Positions 38,326 through 52,040 of a stretch of DNA of 64,000 nt are shown here, piece after piece. The DNA lies in assembly GCF_009834535.1 (NCBI RefSeq), contig NC_045696.1, positions 53,322,001 to 53,386,000 on the forward strand, given 5' to 3'. Made by a program: the position numbers and the translations under genes. Position 1 is the stretch's first letter; the number at the start of each line of letters is the position of its first letter. Below the pieces are notes generated by a model. The model saw nothing but the letters and a program-made list of their open reading frames with translations, was not told the DNA's origin and ran no database searches. The DNA is from Camelus ferus (lineage: Eukaryota).

Positions 38326-41300
38326 GTGAGTACAACTACTCTGTATCTCTACAGATTACAAAAGAAGTACTCTGATTTAGCTGGATAAACTATACTTTTT
38401 TTCTTCTTATCAGCTGACCTCAGATAGATCACATGATTCCAATGAAGGGGACAAAATTGTTTTTGTTGGATTAAATATCAAAAGCCATGCTCAGAATTTA
38501 CAGGAGAAATATAGATCATACTTTTTAGTAGATATTTTCTTCTTGTCTTGTACATAATATTTAAACATATGCCAATTCTATTTCTCTCCATCTTACTGTT
38601 TCATTCTCTAGTATCCAAGATTGATGTAATAATGCAACTTGAGACTTTAGATATGTTAACACTGTACAAAAGAGGGATTTGTTAAGATAATAAATTAATG
38701 GGAAATGGTAATAGAAATAGCCCCAAACACTGAATTCAGAGGCCAAGAGTTTTTATGCAAATTGAACTATCTACAAGGTAGATTTTTTTTTTAAATACCG
38801 TATTTACTTCCTAGAGGTAGGCAGCTCAAAAGACTCAAAGAACAAGCAAAGATGAGTGGTGCTGACCACGCTATTTCTGTGAGTAGGAGACCAGAGTAAT
38901 TTACCACTCTTCACAACAGGGTTGCCTGGGTTGCAGTTTGGGGGTGCCTAATATCCTATTGTATTACACCATCAAAATTGCAGGAATGGCAGATGCTATG
39001 TTATTACCTTCCAGACAGACAAGCTACTAAATTATTTGTATGGGGAAGATGAGCCATTTACTTATCTTCCTGATATGAGCAGAAGATAGGTGGGGACTGT
39101 CTGGGAGACAGACAGTGGTGGGGACTCCTCTGTCTGGGTTTTAAAAAATGCCACTCGTTGAGATGTTCTGACTGATACACCGATAGTAACAAACACCATC
39201 AGCAATATGAAATATTTCCAATATGATAAATTGTTAGAGGTGACATTACATCTTGACTTTAAATGAACAAAGCAAAGAACATGCAAAACTCTATTTAAAT
39301 GAGCACTTTTTCTGATCAACGAGAATGCTAAGTATAAAATAAGAGGAGAGCTTTTTTAATGAGTCTCAAATATTTAGGTCTAGAAGGCTCATTAAAGGTG
39401 GTACAGATTAATCTTTCTTTTACCCACAGGTAAAAATACTGAGTCTGCAGATGTGAGACCTGCACAAGGTCCTGTAGTTCCTTAATAACTAAGAAGGAGT
39501 AGAATCCACCCTTCTGATCTGTCAGGAAGGACGTCCACGTGAATCAGAGTGGGGAGAACAGAAAGAAATATATGAAGTTGGACAAACTAGAAACAAGCAA
39601 AATGTGAGTATCTTATTAGCGTCTGAGCCTAAAAAATTATCTGAACTCTCAGGCACCAGATAATTTATGAGGTTTTCCCTGCATTCACTTTGCTGCAAAT
39701 TCAAATGATACCATTTTCTCATGGCAGATAATTTCTATCTCTTTTTATATTCTTTTTTAGTTCTGGTTAAAATCGGGAAGTGTATATCTGTCCAAAAAAA
39801 TGAAAGGTCAAGAAACAACATGGTATCCAAAATCCTTTCCTACTTGGAACAGTCATTTATTTGAGGTTTGGGGGACTCTCGGGATGTACTGCATGAAGCA
39901 GTACAGGGCGTAAATACCAATGATGAATAAATTAACATACAAAGAGATGAATACAAACACCCAACTCTCTCTATACCTTGGAAATCACATTATGGACATA
40001 GGTTAGAGTTTACAATATAAAGCAGAGCCTAGAATCAGTAAGTGGCATCGAATAGTTATTAGCTTTAAATTCTTGGCGGCACAGCTGTCTTTTAGGAGGA
40101 ATGATACTGATATCATGAATCCGTTTTGGCTCCTTCTTGATTAATAAGCCTCACTGCACCCCCTCTATTACTCTGCTGCCCTCTATTACTCTGCTGGCAT
40201 ACATTAGCTTCCTGACTTTCCTATTTATTATTGATATTTAAATCAAATAATTCCATTTTAACTTCCCACTTCTCTGCATCTTCTCATTCTTTGATGAGGA
40301 GTTAGTTAGAAAATGCTTACTATTGCAAGAGGGAGGAAAAATGGGAAATTTAGAAAGCACTCTTATTTCTTCTCTAGAAGCCTACCTCTTGTTCTTCCAC
40401 TCTGCACCCCCACAATAAAAAGCAAAAAGTAAAATAAATAGCCATTTTTTGGACAGACATTAGGTGGAAAAAAAATTAGGAGAGAAACAGAGAGATTGGA
40501 AGTAAAGATTAGTAAATAGAGCAGTAGAATATATAAGTGTAAAGAAAAGAAAGACAAAGGCTAGAAAGAGGTGGAAAAGGGAGGGGGAAGCAAAGTTAGG
40601 AAAAAATATGAAAAAGGATATAAGGAAAGAAAAAAGACAAGTGATGGCTCTTTTTAGTAATTCTTAAGCCACCTGTCTTTGATTCTCAAAGCATCTGCTG
40701 TGAGAGTACGAAGAAAATTTAACTTTCTGCCTTCACCAATTGAATTTTTTTAATTTAAATTTCAAGTTCTTTAAGAAGATTGATTTAAAAAATAGCCAAG
40801 CATATCTGTCAGTGAAGGGAACATACAGTACATTCCCATCAGTTCATCAACCATTCATGTATCCCTCTCTCTATTCATCTTCCATCTGCTTGTCCATACT
40901 AGTGTATCATTTATGTATGTAGCTTTCCAACCATGCATCCATCAAACACCTTTGTGAAGCAGAGACAGAGGGGAGGCTATTTTGAACAAAGCAGAAAAAG
41001 CTTTGTTATTACACTCAAAGATGTGAAGGTAATGAAAATTAAAGTCAAATTCAGAAGAATCTTAATCAACAGCAACTGATGACCCTTAGCTGAATCTGAA
41101 GACTGATTATTATAAATCTTAAGTAATATTGATTCACAATGGTAGTAAGCCTTTGAATAACCCCCATGCCACTTAGTTTTGTTGAGTTTTGCTTTCGCTT
41201 TTTTTCCAATAAGGATAAAGAAAGTTATATTCCCTATCTTCAGGCTTTTGCAGCAAATGTTTATGTTATGAGGAAGGTGTAAGTATAGCCTGAGGGTTTG

Positions 41301-42289
41301 CACAAAGCAAATGGTAACATGGAGGCAGGCCTGGGCTAGTTCAATCTTAGGATATTGTTGTTTATTGTTCACATATCACTCTTCATGACTGTTGTGCATG
41401 ATTTGCATGCTTGATTTGCCCTGTCATGTAAAATGATGAATTTGCATCCTAGGATCTGTAAATTGAGCATGACAGGAGCAATCCAGAGGCCAGTACTTAC
41501 TTAAGCCCAGCTTCCCAGATAGCCACTGACGGTATTTGTTCTTAACTCCAGGTCTAACTATCAGTCAGCAGGGGGGCCCATTCTAGTGATACTCTACCAA
41601 GCATAAGCTTCTAGGAACACAATTAGACTCTAAATAAGTTTTGTTATATTTTATATGGTATTAAAATACACTATTACATGAACCATGGTGATTAAGAAGT
41701 TAACATAAGAAACTGATATAAATTTATTGGGGAGTAGTCACTGAGGTAACCATCAAATTTCCTGTCATAATACTTCTTATGAATGAATTAGGGCCAAAAC
41801 ATGGACTCTTCAAGAAATATGTTCATGGAAGAAATCTTAAAAGAAATTTTCCTGCTTTACACAGATTCATGTCATTTCAATTTCATATAATGAGTATATA
41901 TTGTTTATAATTAAGAAATGTGATTTCTGTTAAAAGTTATACTTAGAAAGTGGTAAAAGTTAGTGTAAATAAGTAAATGGATGAATGAGATTATGTGTTT
42001 GTTCCACAAGTGCAGAAAGAATGTTTGTTTCTTCCTTTGAAGAAATTCACTAAACTAGAGTATTTATTTGAAATGGGCAAACCTACAGTGTGTAACTTCA
42101 TAAAATGAAATCTGAATGAGGAAGGATATTTAGCATCCTTCCATATTTGGCATTTTATATTGATAAGAAGCAGTGGGTATTAAATTGAGTTTTCCTGCCC
42201 AGGAATTTAATCACACCTGAACGACTGGTACAAACTTTATATTTATGTTCAACGCATTCACAAACATCCAATCTTGACTATGGGCATAG

Positions 42290-42446
42290 TAAAAATAGGC
42301 ATGTAATTCTTGTAGCCACCAGGTGTGATAGATAGTATTTCCCCCATTTTATTGGCTCAGAGAGGTTAGAGAGATTGCACAATGTCTCACAGCTAGTTAA
42401 GAAGCTAAGTCTATCTGACTCCAAAGCCAGTGGTGTGGTCTTTCTA
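42290..42446 (-). mobile_element. MIR SINE
   Basis: 'cccccattttattggctcagagaggttagagagattgcacaatgtctcacagctagt...tctgactccaaagcc'. Confidence 0.75.
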
Positions 42447-42629
42447 TCACACCAGAAGCATAACTGCAAAAAAGCATAACAACTGGCAGTGTGCAAATGA
42501 GTTAGCTTACTGATACCACGATTCACAACGACTATAAAAGCATAAATCCTTCTTTGTTTTACTTGCAAATAGAGTCTTTCTCACAGAAAATTCCTCATTA
42601 AGTATGTAGTCCAGTGCCTACCCAGACAG

Positions 42630-42850
42630 ACTATAGTCAGGAAACAAATGTTCTATTCCCAGGACTGCTGCTGAGTCATTGTGTGGGAACAAAAAACGCA
42701 TTTTTGCCCTTCTATGCCAGTTTCCGCATCTGTACACCAGAGATCACAGCTGCCTCCTAGTTCCCGTGGAGGAATGTTGGGAGTGTTAAGTTATCATTAT
42801 GTGAAGTTCTCCAAGTTTCTTAGATGAGAGATGCTTTAGGTTATCATTGA
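42630..42850 (+). mobile_element. MIR SINE, degraded
   Basis: 'agtcaggaaac...gttctattccc...tgccagtttccgcatctgtac...ttatgtgaagttctc'. Confidence 0.6.
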
Positions 42851-45550
42851 CATTGTTACGGGACTCAGTAAAAGCTTAACCACCAGTTGTTTATTTAGCA
42901 TTTTCCCTCTGGGTTACTCAAGCACAATGTAAGACAGGTGTGGACAACACATAACTCTCAGGCCAAATTTGGTGCAAAGGAACTTTATAGTGACCTCAGT
43001 CACCTTCTTTTTCACTGGTGAGAAATATCTCATTTTGTAGTCTTTCTATTTTCCTTTTCTTTTCTTTTTTTTTTTTGGATCAGTGCTTGGAAGTTGCTTT
43101 GCATGATGGATGGGGTCTGTAGTTTTCACTCATCACACATCCCTTTTAAAAATGAAAGGTAAAGTCATCTGTTCCAATTTATACCTGTAGAAAGCTGTCC
43201 TGGTAACCTGGAGAAGTAAAGGCAACAAGTAGAACCAGCCCCCTACATTCTATCCTTTAGAAATAGCGCTAATTAAGACTGGAAGGGTGAGCAATAAATC
43301 CATTGTTATGCTGATGCCAGTGGCCAGCTCTGAGGCACTTTTCCTGCCATCGTTTAATTACTACATATTAATGTATAAATACAGGGAGACAACCAAAGAT
43401 GAGGTAGGCAGAGAAGGAGCTGGGCTTATTTAGTTAATTATTAATTACTAGGAATTTTCAACAGTGGGACATTAACCACTTGCCCTTCTAAATGGTAGTA
43501 AATAGCAGACATATGTCTAATTAAGGAGTTGTAAATGCTCTGGAGGAGCTGAATGGAAGGAGAAAAACACTTATTTACAGACCTATACTGAATGAAAACG
43601 AGAATTATTGGTGCATTTAAAGCCAGCTCTCATATTGGTGTCCGCTCAGATTCCTACCTCTCTCTGCTTTCTCTGCCAGGGCGTCTCTCACCGAGGCTGG
43701 TGCCAAGGTAAAGAGGATTCCGTGATTCTTTAAATGGTCTTCTTCAAGGACAGTCTCTTGGTGAATCTCACTTGCCAATCCTTCCTAAGTTTTCATTATT
43801 AGGATACGATTCTCATCACATTAAGACAATTTCTGCTGCATCTGTTGCTAAATCTCCAAATAGCACCGAATTCCTAACTCTAATAGGGTTCTTAGCACTC
43901 TTCATAGACTGTTATACCGAACAAGCACAGAATTTTTTTTTATTAGACCCTTCATTCTTAGCCCCCACCAACAGGGGCTTAGTTAAATATGGAAGGGCCA
44001 AGAAGAGATCATAAAAGGGAGTTTCACACAAAGACCTCCAGTGTCATGTTAGTCCAGTGGACTCTGGCAAAGCTGAAGGACACTGCAGAGTGTTAGAGGA
44101 AGCTCTTTGAACCTTTCTTCATCACCTGCTGGAGTTCACCTGTAAAAGTGTCTGCTGGTTTGTAAAATCTGTAGGATTACCGAATTAGTCAGTTTTTTCT
44201 GAACTTGGCACAAATTTCCTTTGCTTTCTTCTATTTCTAGCTTCTGTTTTGAAACACCTTTCTTAACTGCTTTTTATACCAAAACTTTTCGTAGCAAAAT
44301 TCAGGCCACAACAAAATGACACGTGATCAGACAAGTGCACAAAGGGTTGTCATTTTGTCTATCTGGAGAATTCTGTGTCGACTCGCTATCCACATCAGCT
44401 CTCCTCTCTTCACTCCACACTTTCCAAGCTTGGTAACTCTGCCAGAAGAGATGGCATTTTCTCAAGTCCTCCCTTCTCTGGTCTAACTTGTATTTATTTC
44501 CAAAGCGTGAGCAGCAAATGCTATATGACGACTTTCACAATTTACCACAGGGCCTTCCTTCTCGAAGTGGTCCCCTCTCCCCTAAAGCAGCTCTGTCCCT
44601 TTAGGCCATGAGTGGCTGCCTATAAAGTTATATTACTGAGACCGTTATTACCACTGTATCTGCCCTCCTGCAGCTATTCCCACGGATGCACTCAGCTAGA
44701 AGTCCTAGCTGTTCATACATGATCATACTACCCAACGGCCAGGATGGAGATGAAAACACAAAATGAACAGGGAGGCAAGGTGATAGATTACATTAAGTTA
44801 AAAAGACCCCCTCTCTAGGAAAAGTCACAGAGGATTTTCTTGGCTCTGCCTGCCTAGAACTCCCTTACGACATACAGTACTAATATCGCAGGCTCCCACA
44901 TCAAGGGCGTTACAAACACGTGCTTTACTGATGACTGTTTCTACATGTCTGGCAACTCACTTGAACTCTCTTCCCCCTTTATAAGAAACATTTTGAGAAA
45001 CCAAGGACCTATCTCAAATGGGTTTTTGATGAGAACATAACCTACTATCAAGCAAGAAGTAAACAAGCACTGACAGCAAGTTCCTAGTGTAGTAGCATCT
45101 TTAGAAACCACTAATTACATTACAATTTGGCTTGGATCAAAAGAAGCAGTCACACCATTAAGAACCTAAGGGGTAAGAAATACCCAAATTAAAAAAGCAT
45201 GGGGAATTTTATCATTTAACATTATTATTTTTTGTACAGTTTTCTCAAGATCTAATTGACATATAGCTAACATCATTATTTAACATTGTTATGAGTTAGT
45301 CACTTTCAAAACATTACAGAAAATGAGATAAACCTAAATATCAGGGGAACATGAAACAGTCTTTTATTATTCTCAACATGAAGGGACAAACCTGAGAATA
45401 AATCTAAGGTGCAGACACTTAACAAAGTGCTGGTGAGGAAGTAGAAATTCACTCTTTGAAGTTAATACGAAAATCTTTGCCATGTACTAGGTAGGAAAAA
45501 TTAAAGTAGCTGCATATCAGAGGTTGTTTGCCATCAGCATTTGACTGTAG

Positions 45551-45713
45551 CAGTGATTCTCAAAATGTGGTTTCCTGGACAGCCACCTCAGCTTCACCTG
45601 GGAACTCGTGAGAAAGGCAAATCATTGGGCTCCACCCAGAGTGGCTGAATCAATCTGTATTTCAGCACATCCTCCAGGTGGTTCTGAGGCAACCTAAAGT
45701 TTGAGAATCACTA
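45551..45713. mobile_element. MER5A-type hAT MITE
   Basis: TIRs 'cagtgattctcaaa' ... 'tttgagaatcacta'; internal 'cacctgggaactcgtgagaaaggcaaat...ctccaggtggttctga'. Confidence 0.85.
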
Positions 45714-47252
45714 CAGTGGCTTTGGAGACCCTAGGTCTATCGCGTTATAACTCCTAATTACTAATAAGTCTATAATTGACTTCAAAATAACAATGCTTTT
45801 GGGGAGAAAAGCACAATTTTAATATGTGGGTATGTGTGTAAATAACATATAATATAATATATAAAATGTTAGAAAACTACAAAATCACATTTCTGTATTT
45901 CACATACAAAAAATTAGGTTCTTCCAAAGAATAAACAATTTACTTGGAACACCTGAAAACTATTTTAATGCTTAATAAAATTTCTTTAAAACACACTTTC
46001 TCATGTATGGAGCACCTAAATTATATTAGGCACGGTCCTAGTCTTTACAGATATTCTATATCATTCTTAAAATATTTACACAAGAGAGTCAAGTGTTCTC
46101 CCCACGTGGTTATGTGCCCTCTTACTTGCTTGCCATGAAGGATGGAGAGGTTTGTAATCTGATTGTTCATAGATTAGACATTCACTGAACCAAATAATTC
46201 TGTCACCATGAGCAAGGTCACTATACTTCAAGTTGGATCAGCATGGATGTCCTACACTTTCTCCTCCCCTGCTTCCTGTACCCATGTTGCAGATTGGAAG
46301 AGACTACTCTGCACCAAAGAATGCTGGTACAAGTCATCCACAGAAAAAGTCTCAGACATCAATTGTGGTTCAGGATATCCTAGCAGAGTAAAACAGAGAA
46401 AAATTCAAGAGAAAAAATGTCCAATGAAAGAAGCAAAGGCCTCCCTAGCAAACTGGGAGCTCTTGGTCAGGCTATGGAAAGGACAGAAAAGCTTTTTGGA
46501 AACAGTCACTTACAAATCTCACAGAAAAGGAAAAAGAAAATTATGAAACTGGTTTTGGAAATGATCCCTTTTTGTTCCTTTATATTACATTCATGTCTCT
46601 AATATTTAATCAATTCTAAGGAGGTGAAAAGGGAATTATGTAGGGAAAGGGATTGGGGTAAAAAAAATGCCCAATAAAGGAATATACATTATTCTTTTTA
46701 AAGAGAACTTTCTTCATTTTAAGCTGACTGTTGTACACTGTCAGATCATCACACCAATTCTTATTCTGGGGAATTTATATTTTTGGAGGGTGAATTTTAT
46801 AGCTCATCTGGGGACTGTTATTACTGTTTGATATGACACAGTGAAAGCAGAAGTGGCAGAAGTATTCACCGCAGGAAAAGTCAGTGGAATTTTTATCTTT
46901 CCCTAAAACACCCCCTACTCCCTTAGTAGCAGGTTTCTCAAAATGTTCTACCCTGCAGTATAGTGGATTTCAATGCATCCATCCTCTGTGATTTGCTACA
47001 CAATTCCTTCAGCATTTCACAATGCTGCCTGACCTGTGCCTTCCAAGTTAGTTCATTCATTCATTCACTCAATCATCAGATGTGTATTAAAAATATAGGC
47101 CTGATTTCAAAGACCTTACATTTCAAATATTTAGAACAAATAGGGCAATCATCCAAACCTGCGTCCCTCTCATCTCACTGGGAATCATATTGCAGCTGAA
47201 ACTCAACTAGCTTACAAGAAAGTCTGACTAGACTCTTTAGTGTGCCTTGAGG

Positions 47253-47828
47253 TGCCAGAAGGAGAGTCTGGCAGGAGTCAAACTAGGATTGTTGGATCCT
47301 ATTTCTATTGACTCACAGAACTTCAGAGAGTTCAGTGAGTTCTACTCTGTGGTCTTCTGCAATCGCCTTGCATATGCAGCACCATTTAATTCCCACAGTA
47401 TCCTCAACAGTAGTGATCAGAGGTCCACAACTGCCCATTTCTTGCCCTTTGTCTTTTTCTGACCCATCTTTAGTCAAGTTTCTTTCCTTCCTATAGGCCC
47501 CTGAGTTCTGCCTATTCTCAAGCCTGAGTAGCACTGAAATAGCAGACCTTGCCCCCTATCAGTTTTTCCTGGGAACTTACTGACCATGGAGAGATACCTT
47601 CCTGCCAGGCCCCAGTGGTCATCTCCCCTTACCTGTCCAGCTTCTTCTCCAGAGATTCTGCCTATCTCTCCTTGCTCCTCCATTACCCTATAAAAGAAAA
47701 TCTTTTTCTGTTTGATTTTTGAAACATCTGCGGATTTCTGAGACCAGAGTGTTCACCGTTATTGTGATAGCCTTGCTTTCTAATTAAAGTCTCTCCCTAT
47801 CTAAATCCAGATTGATTTTTATTTGGCA
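47253..47828 (+). mobile_element. ERV1-class solo LTR (MER34/MER39-like)
   Basis: TATA-like 'ccctataaaagaa' and 3' end 'attaaagtctctccctatctaaatccagattgatttttatttggca'; 5' boundary uncertain, no clear TSD. Confidence 0.55.
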
Positions 47829-49379
47829 ATAGTTATTATTATGCCCATTTTACAGTGAAGAAAGTGAAGCTCACAGAGGTGGCCTAGGTCATAGGATGGT
47901 CATCTGAGGTCATAAATGACAGACAGAGTAAGAAATTATAGAGAGATGTGTTCAAAAAATGGTTGTTGAACAAGGTAAAGACATATATTTCCTGCTTCAC
48001 AAGGTAAAGACAAATATTGATGAGGGAGGGCTACAGACACATTAGCCCAACCTGACAGAGGTCGGGGGACAAAGTTAAATCTGCTATAACAAATACAGGT
48101 AGGTCAATGGGCTTGAGACCAAGAAATAGGTTTCTTGGTGCTTTTCAATATGTGTAACAAAATGAATGGGGTAGGGGATTGTTCTCTTCCGAACGGTGCA
48201 GGAAGAGTTGCCCAGATAGCCTTATTTTCTTCTTCCGTGGAGAGAGAGCTGACGTGCCCTCAATTATGTGTATAGATGATTACTGCAGACTGGCATGATG
48301 CAGGCATTTGAAACTTCCCACAGGTAAAGTGTAAACTCAAAGCATCATAATAAATAACAATAGTGCTTTACCCTTCATGCTGCATTGTAATGCTGCTGAT
48401 GTCAAATTAACATAGGCCCTTGCGGGAGAATGCAAATGAAAGACTCTGAAATATGTCAACAGGGCTTTGGGCAAAGGATGGGGTGAAAAGCAGGCAGAGG
48501 AGGAAGACAAGTAGTCTAGCAGGGGGTGGGGTGAAAGGAGCAGGGCTGGGGCAAAGTATTGTGTATATTTGGAAATTTTAAAATACAGTGTTTATTCCAA
48601 GTCAAACACTTTCCTTAAAGCAATGACATTCACAAAGGCTTCCCTATATATTCCTGCAATTCTAAGCATAGAAATCATACATAAATTCAAAGAAGCAGAG
48701 TTATAATTCACGTGGACTTTATTTCCATAGATTATAACTTTATTTTATTTTGTAAAACCAAGGTGGTGGGGGAAATCGTTCTCAACCATTTGCCTTCAAT
48801 CAGCATTATTGCAACAAATGATTCAACAAGCACTGACTACTTCTAGGTCAGAAACTGTGCCAGGGGACTGGGGTCACAAAGCTGGACACGACAAGGTCTC
48901 AAGAAACTCACATTTTTGGTTGTTTTCTTTGTCCTTCCTCCTCCTGGACTAGCCTTCACTGCTTTTCCAGACTCACTTCCCTCTGCTCTTCCAGTACTCA
49001 CCCCACCTAACTGCTTGTTCTCCAAACCATGCAGAGATCCTCTCTGGTGGGTACCTAGCCTTGTTTTACCCCAGGACTGGAATAAAACAAGGACTGAGGC
49101 ATTTTTACTTCACAACTGTAGTGACCTGTGACTGTTAAAACGAGAGTTTAAAGGAATCACTGGGATTAGAGCTGGAAGACATTGAACACTGGGTCACTGG
49201 TTTGAGACCCTACATTTGGAAAGAGGTAGAGAAACAAAATGACAATAAGCAAACAGTGGCGCTGAGAGAATGAAGGTAGCAAGGCAGGTGGTGGTGGTGT
49301 CTCTGCTGCGCGTTTCAAGGTGGCATCCATGCTGACTTTGACACTGCTGGCTAGTGGGGCTGCACTGCAGTGGACACAC

Positions 49380-49705
49380 TGCCTCCAGTACACCATGCTC
49401 TTTCTGCACACGTTAACTTTTCTTAGGAATACTCCTTTCCTTGCCCTTCTGGTGAACACCTAGCCATCCTTCAAAACTCAGGACAAACCTGCTCTCTTAC
49501 ATAAAGCCTCCCCAGTTTCCCCTTGTTCCCAGCGCACATGGTGCTTTGTTACGGACTTCTTACATGGCTGTTCTGTGATTTGTCTACCTCCTGGGTCCCC
49601 TGCTAAGTTGAAGGCATGTCCCTGATGCACTTTGCTTGGTCTTCTTTATCTCCTCAGCATTCACAGAGCATCTTAATAATAAACAATACATACTGTTAAA
49701 CAGAA
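49380..49705 (+). mobile_element. L2 3' fragment
   Basis: 'catccttcaaaactcaggacaaacctgctctcttacataaagcctcccc...ctttatctcctcagcattcacagagc'. Confidence 0.6.
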
Positions 49706-51149
49706 TCAAAGAGGGAGATTAGAAGGAGGCAAGAAGAAGCAGGCAGGAAGGAAAGACGAGAGTGGGGAAGGAAAAGGCAAAAGGAAGGAGGGAGAGGAGA
49801 GGCCAGAGGAAAAGTGAGAGAATGAAGTACCCTCCCCCACCCACCGCCACTTACATTTGAGCAGTCTTGTAAATATTTGCTCTTCTATTTTCACTTTTTA
49901 AAATCCTATTTGTTCTGTCTCCCATATTTTTTCTACCACAAAATGTGTGATCCTTCAATTCTTGAAGTTCGAAAGGGAAATGCCTCCTTTTCTTTTTTTT
50001 TTCTTTTTTTTCTTTTTTGTCTCAACTAAAAACTCAGAACAGAAACACTTTTATTCCTTTATTCTGAGTACCATAAACTAAGCCCAGAATCGGGCCTTCC
50101 ACTACAGTAGATTTCACAATAGAGGTAGGCAAGCCAGAGTTTCATTTCTTTCTGCTCAGAAGGAAGAGATTCTACTGCACTGTTAACATGGCTATCATCC
50201 TGAGCCAGCCCCTGCCGTGCATAAACCCATCTGGGATGAGGCCAAGGGGCTGTGCTATCCACACTGGAGGAGGGCTCCACCAGAGTCAGAGCAGAGATTA
50301 ATCAGTCCAAGACAACATCTGTCAGGATATTGAGTCTGGCTCTTGTTATCAGCCACCTGCACTTCAGGGGCTGTGTAATATTCAATTTGATTATCTCTCA
50401 CCTGCAAAGAGTAAGCTTCTCTTTTTGCTTAAAAATCACTGGGACTAGCTGAAGAGGAATCGATCTGTTGGAGAAAATGCTGACAAGAAAACACAAATCA
50501 GAAATAGGACAAAGGGATGAGAAAGGAAGGGGAAGAGAGTTTGGCTTACATCCTGACCTTTTTTTTTTAAATCAACTGGCTTGGTTTCCTGTTGCTTTAA
50601 GGGAATGAGCCTCTTTGTTTCACTTGTCAGTCCTGATTATGATAAATAAATGAGGACAAGAAGGTAACACAACTCTTTTGTATTTCTTTGAGGTTCCATT
50701 AGTAAAATAGTTTTCCCCTTTGTCACTGAGTACCAGGACCCTGCAGGTCTTGTGGATTTACTGCTGGAGGGATCACAGCAAGGACTCATGGTACTTTTGC
50801 GTATTGGGGAAGAAAATATTACAACCTGGAGAGATAGGAGTGACCAATTTGAGACTAATCAAAGTGACTTAACAACCTAAACTCCCTTGAGATCTCACTG
50901 ATGCAATCTTGAAAAGCTGTACCATCTCTAGAGAATTTGTTTCATAAATATGTGTTTATGCTATATGTTTCTCACTGGTACCCGGATTTTCACTTGGTCA
51001 TTTTCCTGTACAACCGCAATGAAATCCATGCATTTTTATGCCATTTATGTTTATTTTAAAGTACTATTCTTTCTTCCATCACATTGTGGAAAACTTCCCA
51101 ATCCAGTCTTCACCACCCATCTCACTTATGAGATTTAGTCATTTACCTT

Positions 51150-52040
51150 AGTTGACTAGCAGAAAAGCTCCATAGATATTTTCATGTCATCTAAAACTCA
51201 GCAGGTCTGAAAAGCTATTTTATCACCTTTTCCTCACCCAAAATGCTCCTTTTTCTTAATTTTCTATTACTTGCAAGCTTGAAACTTCAATGACATCTTT
51301 GACTCCTCACTCATCTTTGCCACATTAAGTCAACCAGCCACAAATGCTTTTGATCATTTATTAAGAACATTTCTTATGTCTTATTAGTTATTTCAGTACC
51401 ACACTGACTACTCTAGCTACCCCTTCATTGTCAAGCATGTACTGCTTCAATACACTTCTAGATGATGCCCCTATGGCCAGCCTCTCCCCACCTTCAAACT
51501 ACCTCACAGGCCACAACTATAGCAATGTGAGTTACCCAATCACTTCCCCTTGCCTGAAAAAACTGAAATTAAATTCAGACTCCTAAACATAGTATTCATG
51601 GTGACTCACACTGATACATTCCACATTTCCAAATGTATCTACCTTCTCTTTGCAGTCTTCCTACTTGCCCAACAAAGATTCACCATTTCCTAAAATCACC
51701 TTGTACTCCATTGCTCATGCTTATCTTATATTCATACTGTGCTTCTTCCTTACCAACCCACTTTCAATGCCCTGAATTCTCCAAACACCTTTAAGTGTCT
51801 CTGCCTTTGCACATGTTATTTCCTCATCCAGAAAATCTGTCCTTCCTTCTGATCATTATGGGTTAACTTTTAATTGAATGTTAAATATTCTATATTGATG
51901 TCATCTTTCTAACAGTGTTTCCCATTGTCTCCCATTCTGTGTAGATGACTCACAAGTATTCTCCAAAAGCACTCCGTGCTTTCTCTCTCTTGCATTATAC
52001 TTGGTGATGAATGAATGGATGAATGAATAAATAAATGAAA
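51150..52040 (+). mobile_element. L2 3' region
   Basis: 'catctttgactcctcactc...aaattcagactcctaaaca...tgcctttgcacatgttatttcc' ending in 'gaatgaatggatgaatgaataaataaatg'. Confidence 0.72.

Noticed and set aside
41561..41580. CTCF-like 'tcagcaggggggccc'
   Set aside because: Only a partial match to the core motif; cannot be supported without scoring
13595..43707. Joining the + strand exon-like segments into one coding gene
   Set aside because: Phases do not fit (the 19535 exon has a stop in the frame needed to join the 22273 exon) and no peptide is recognisable
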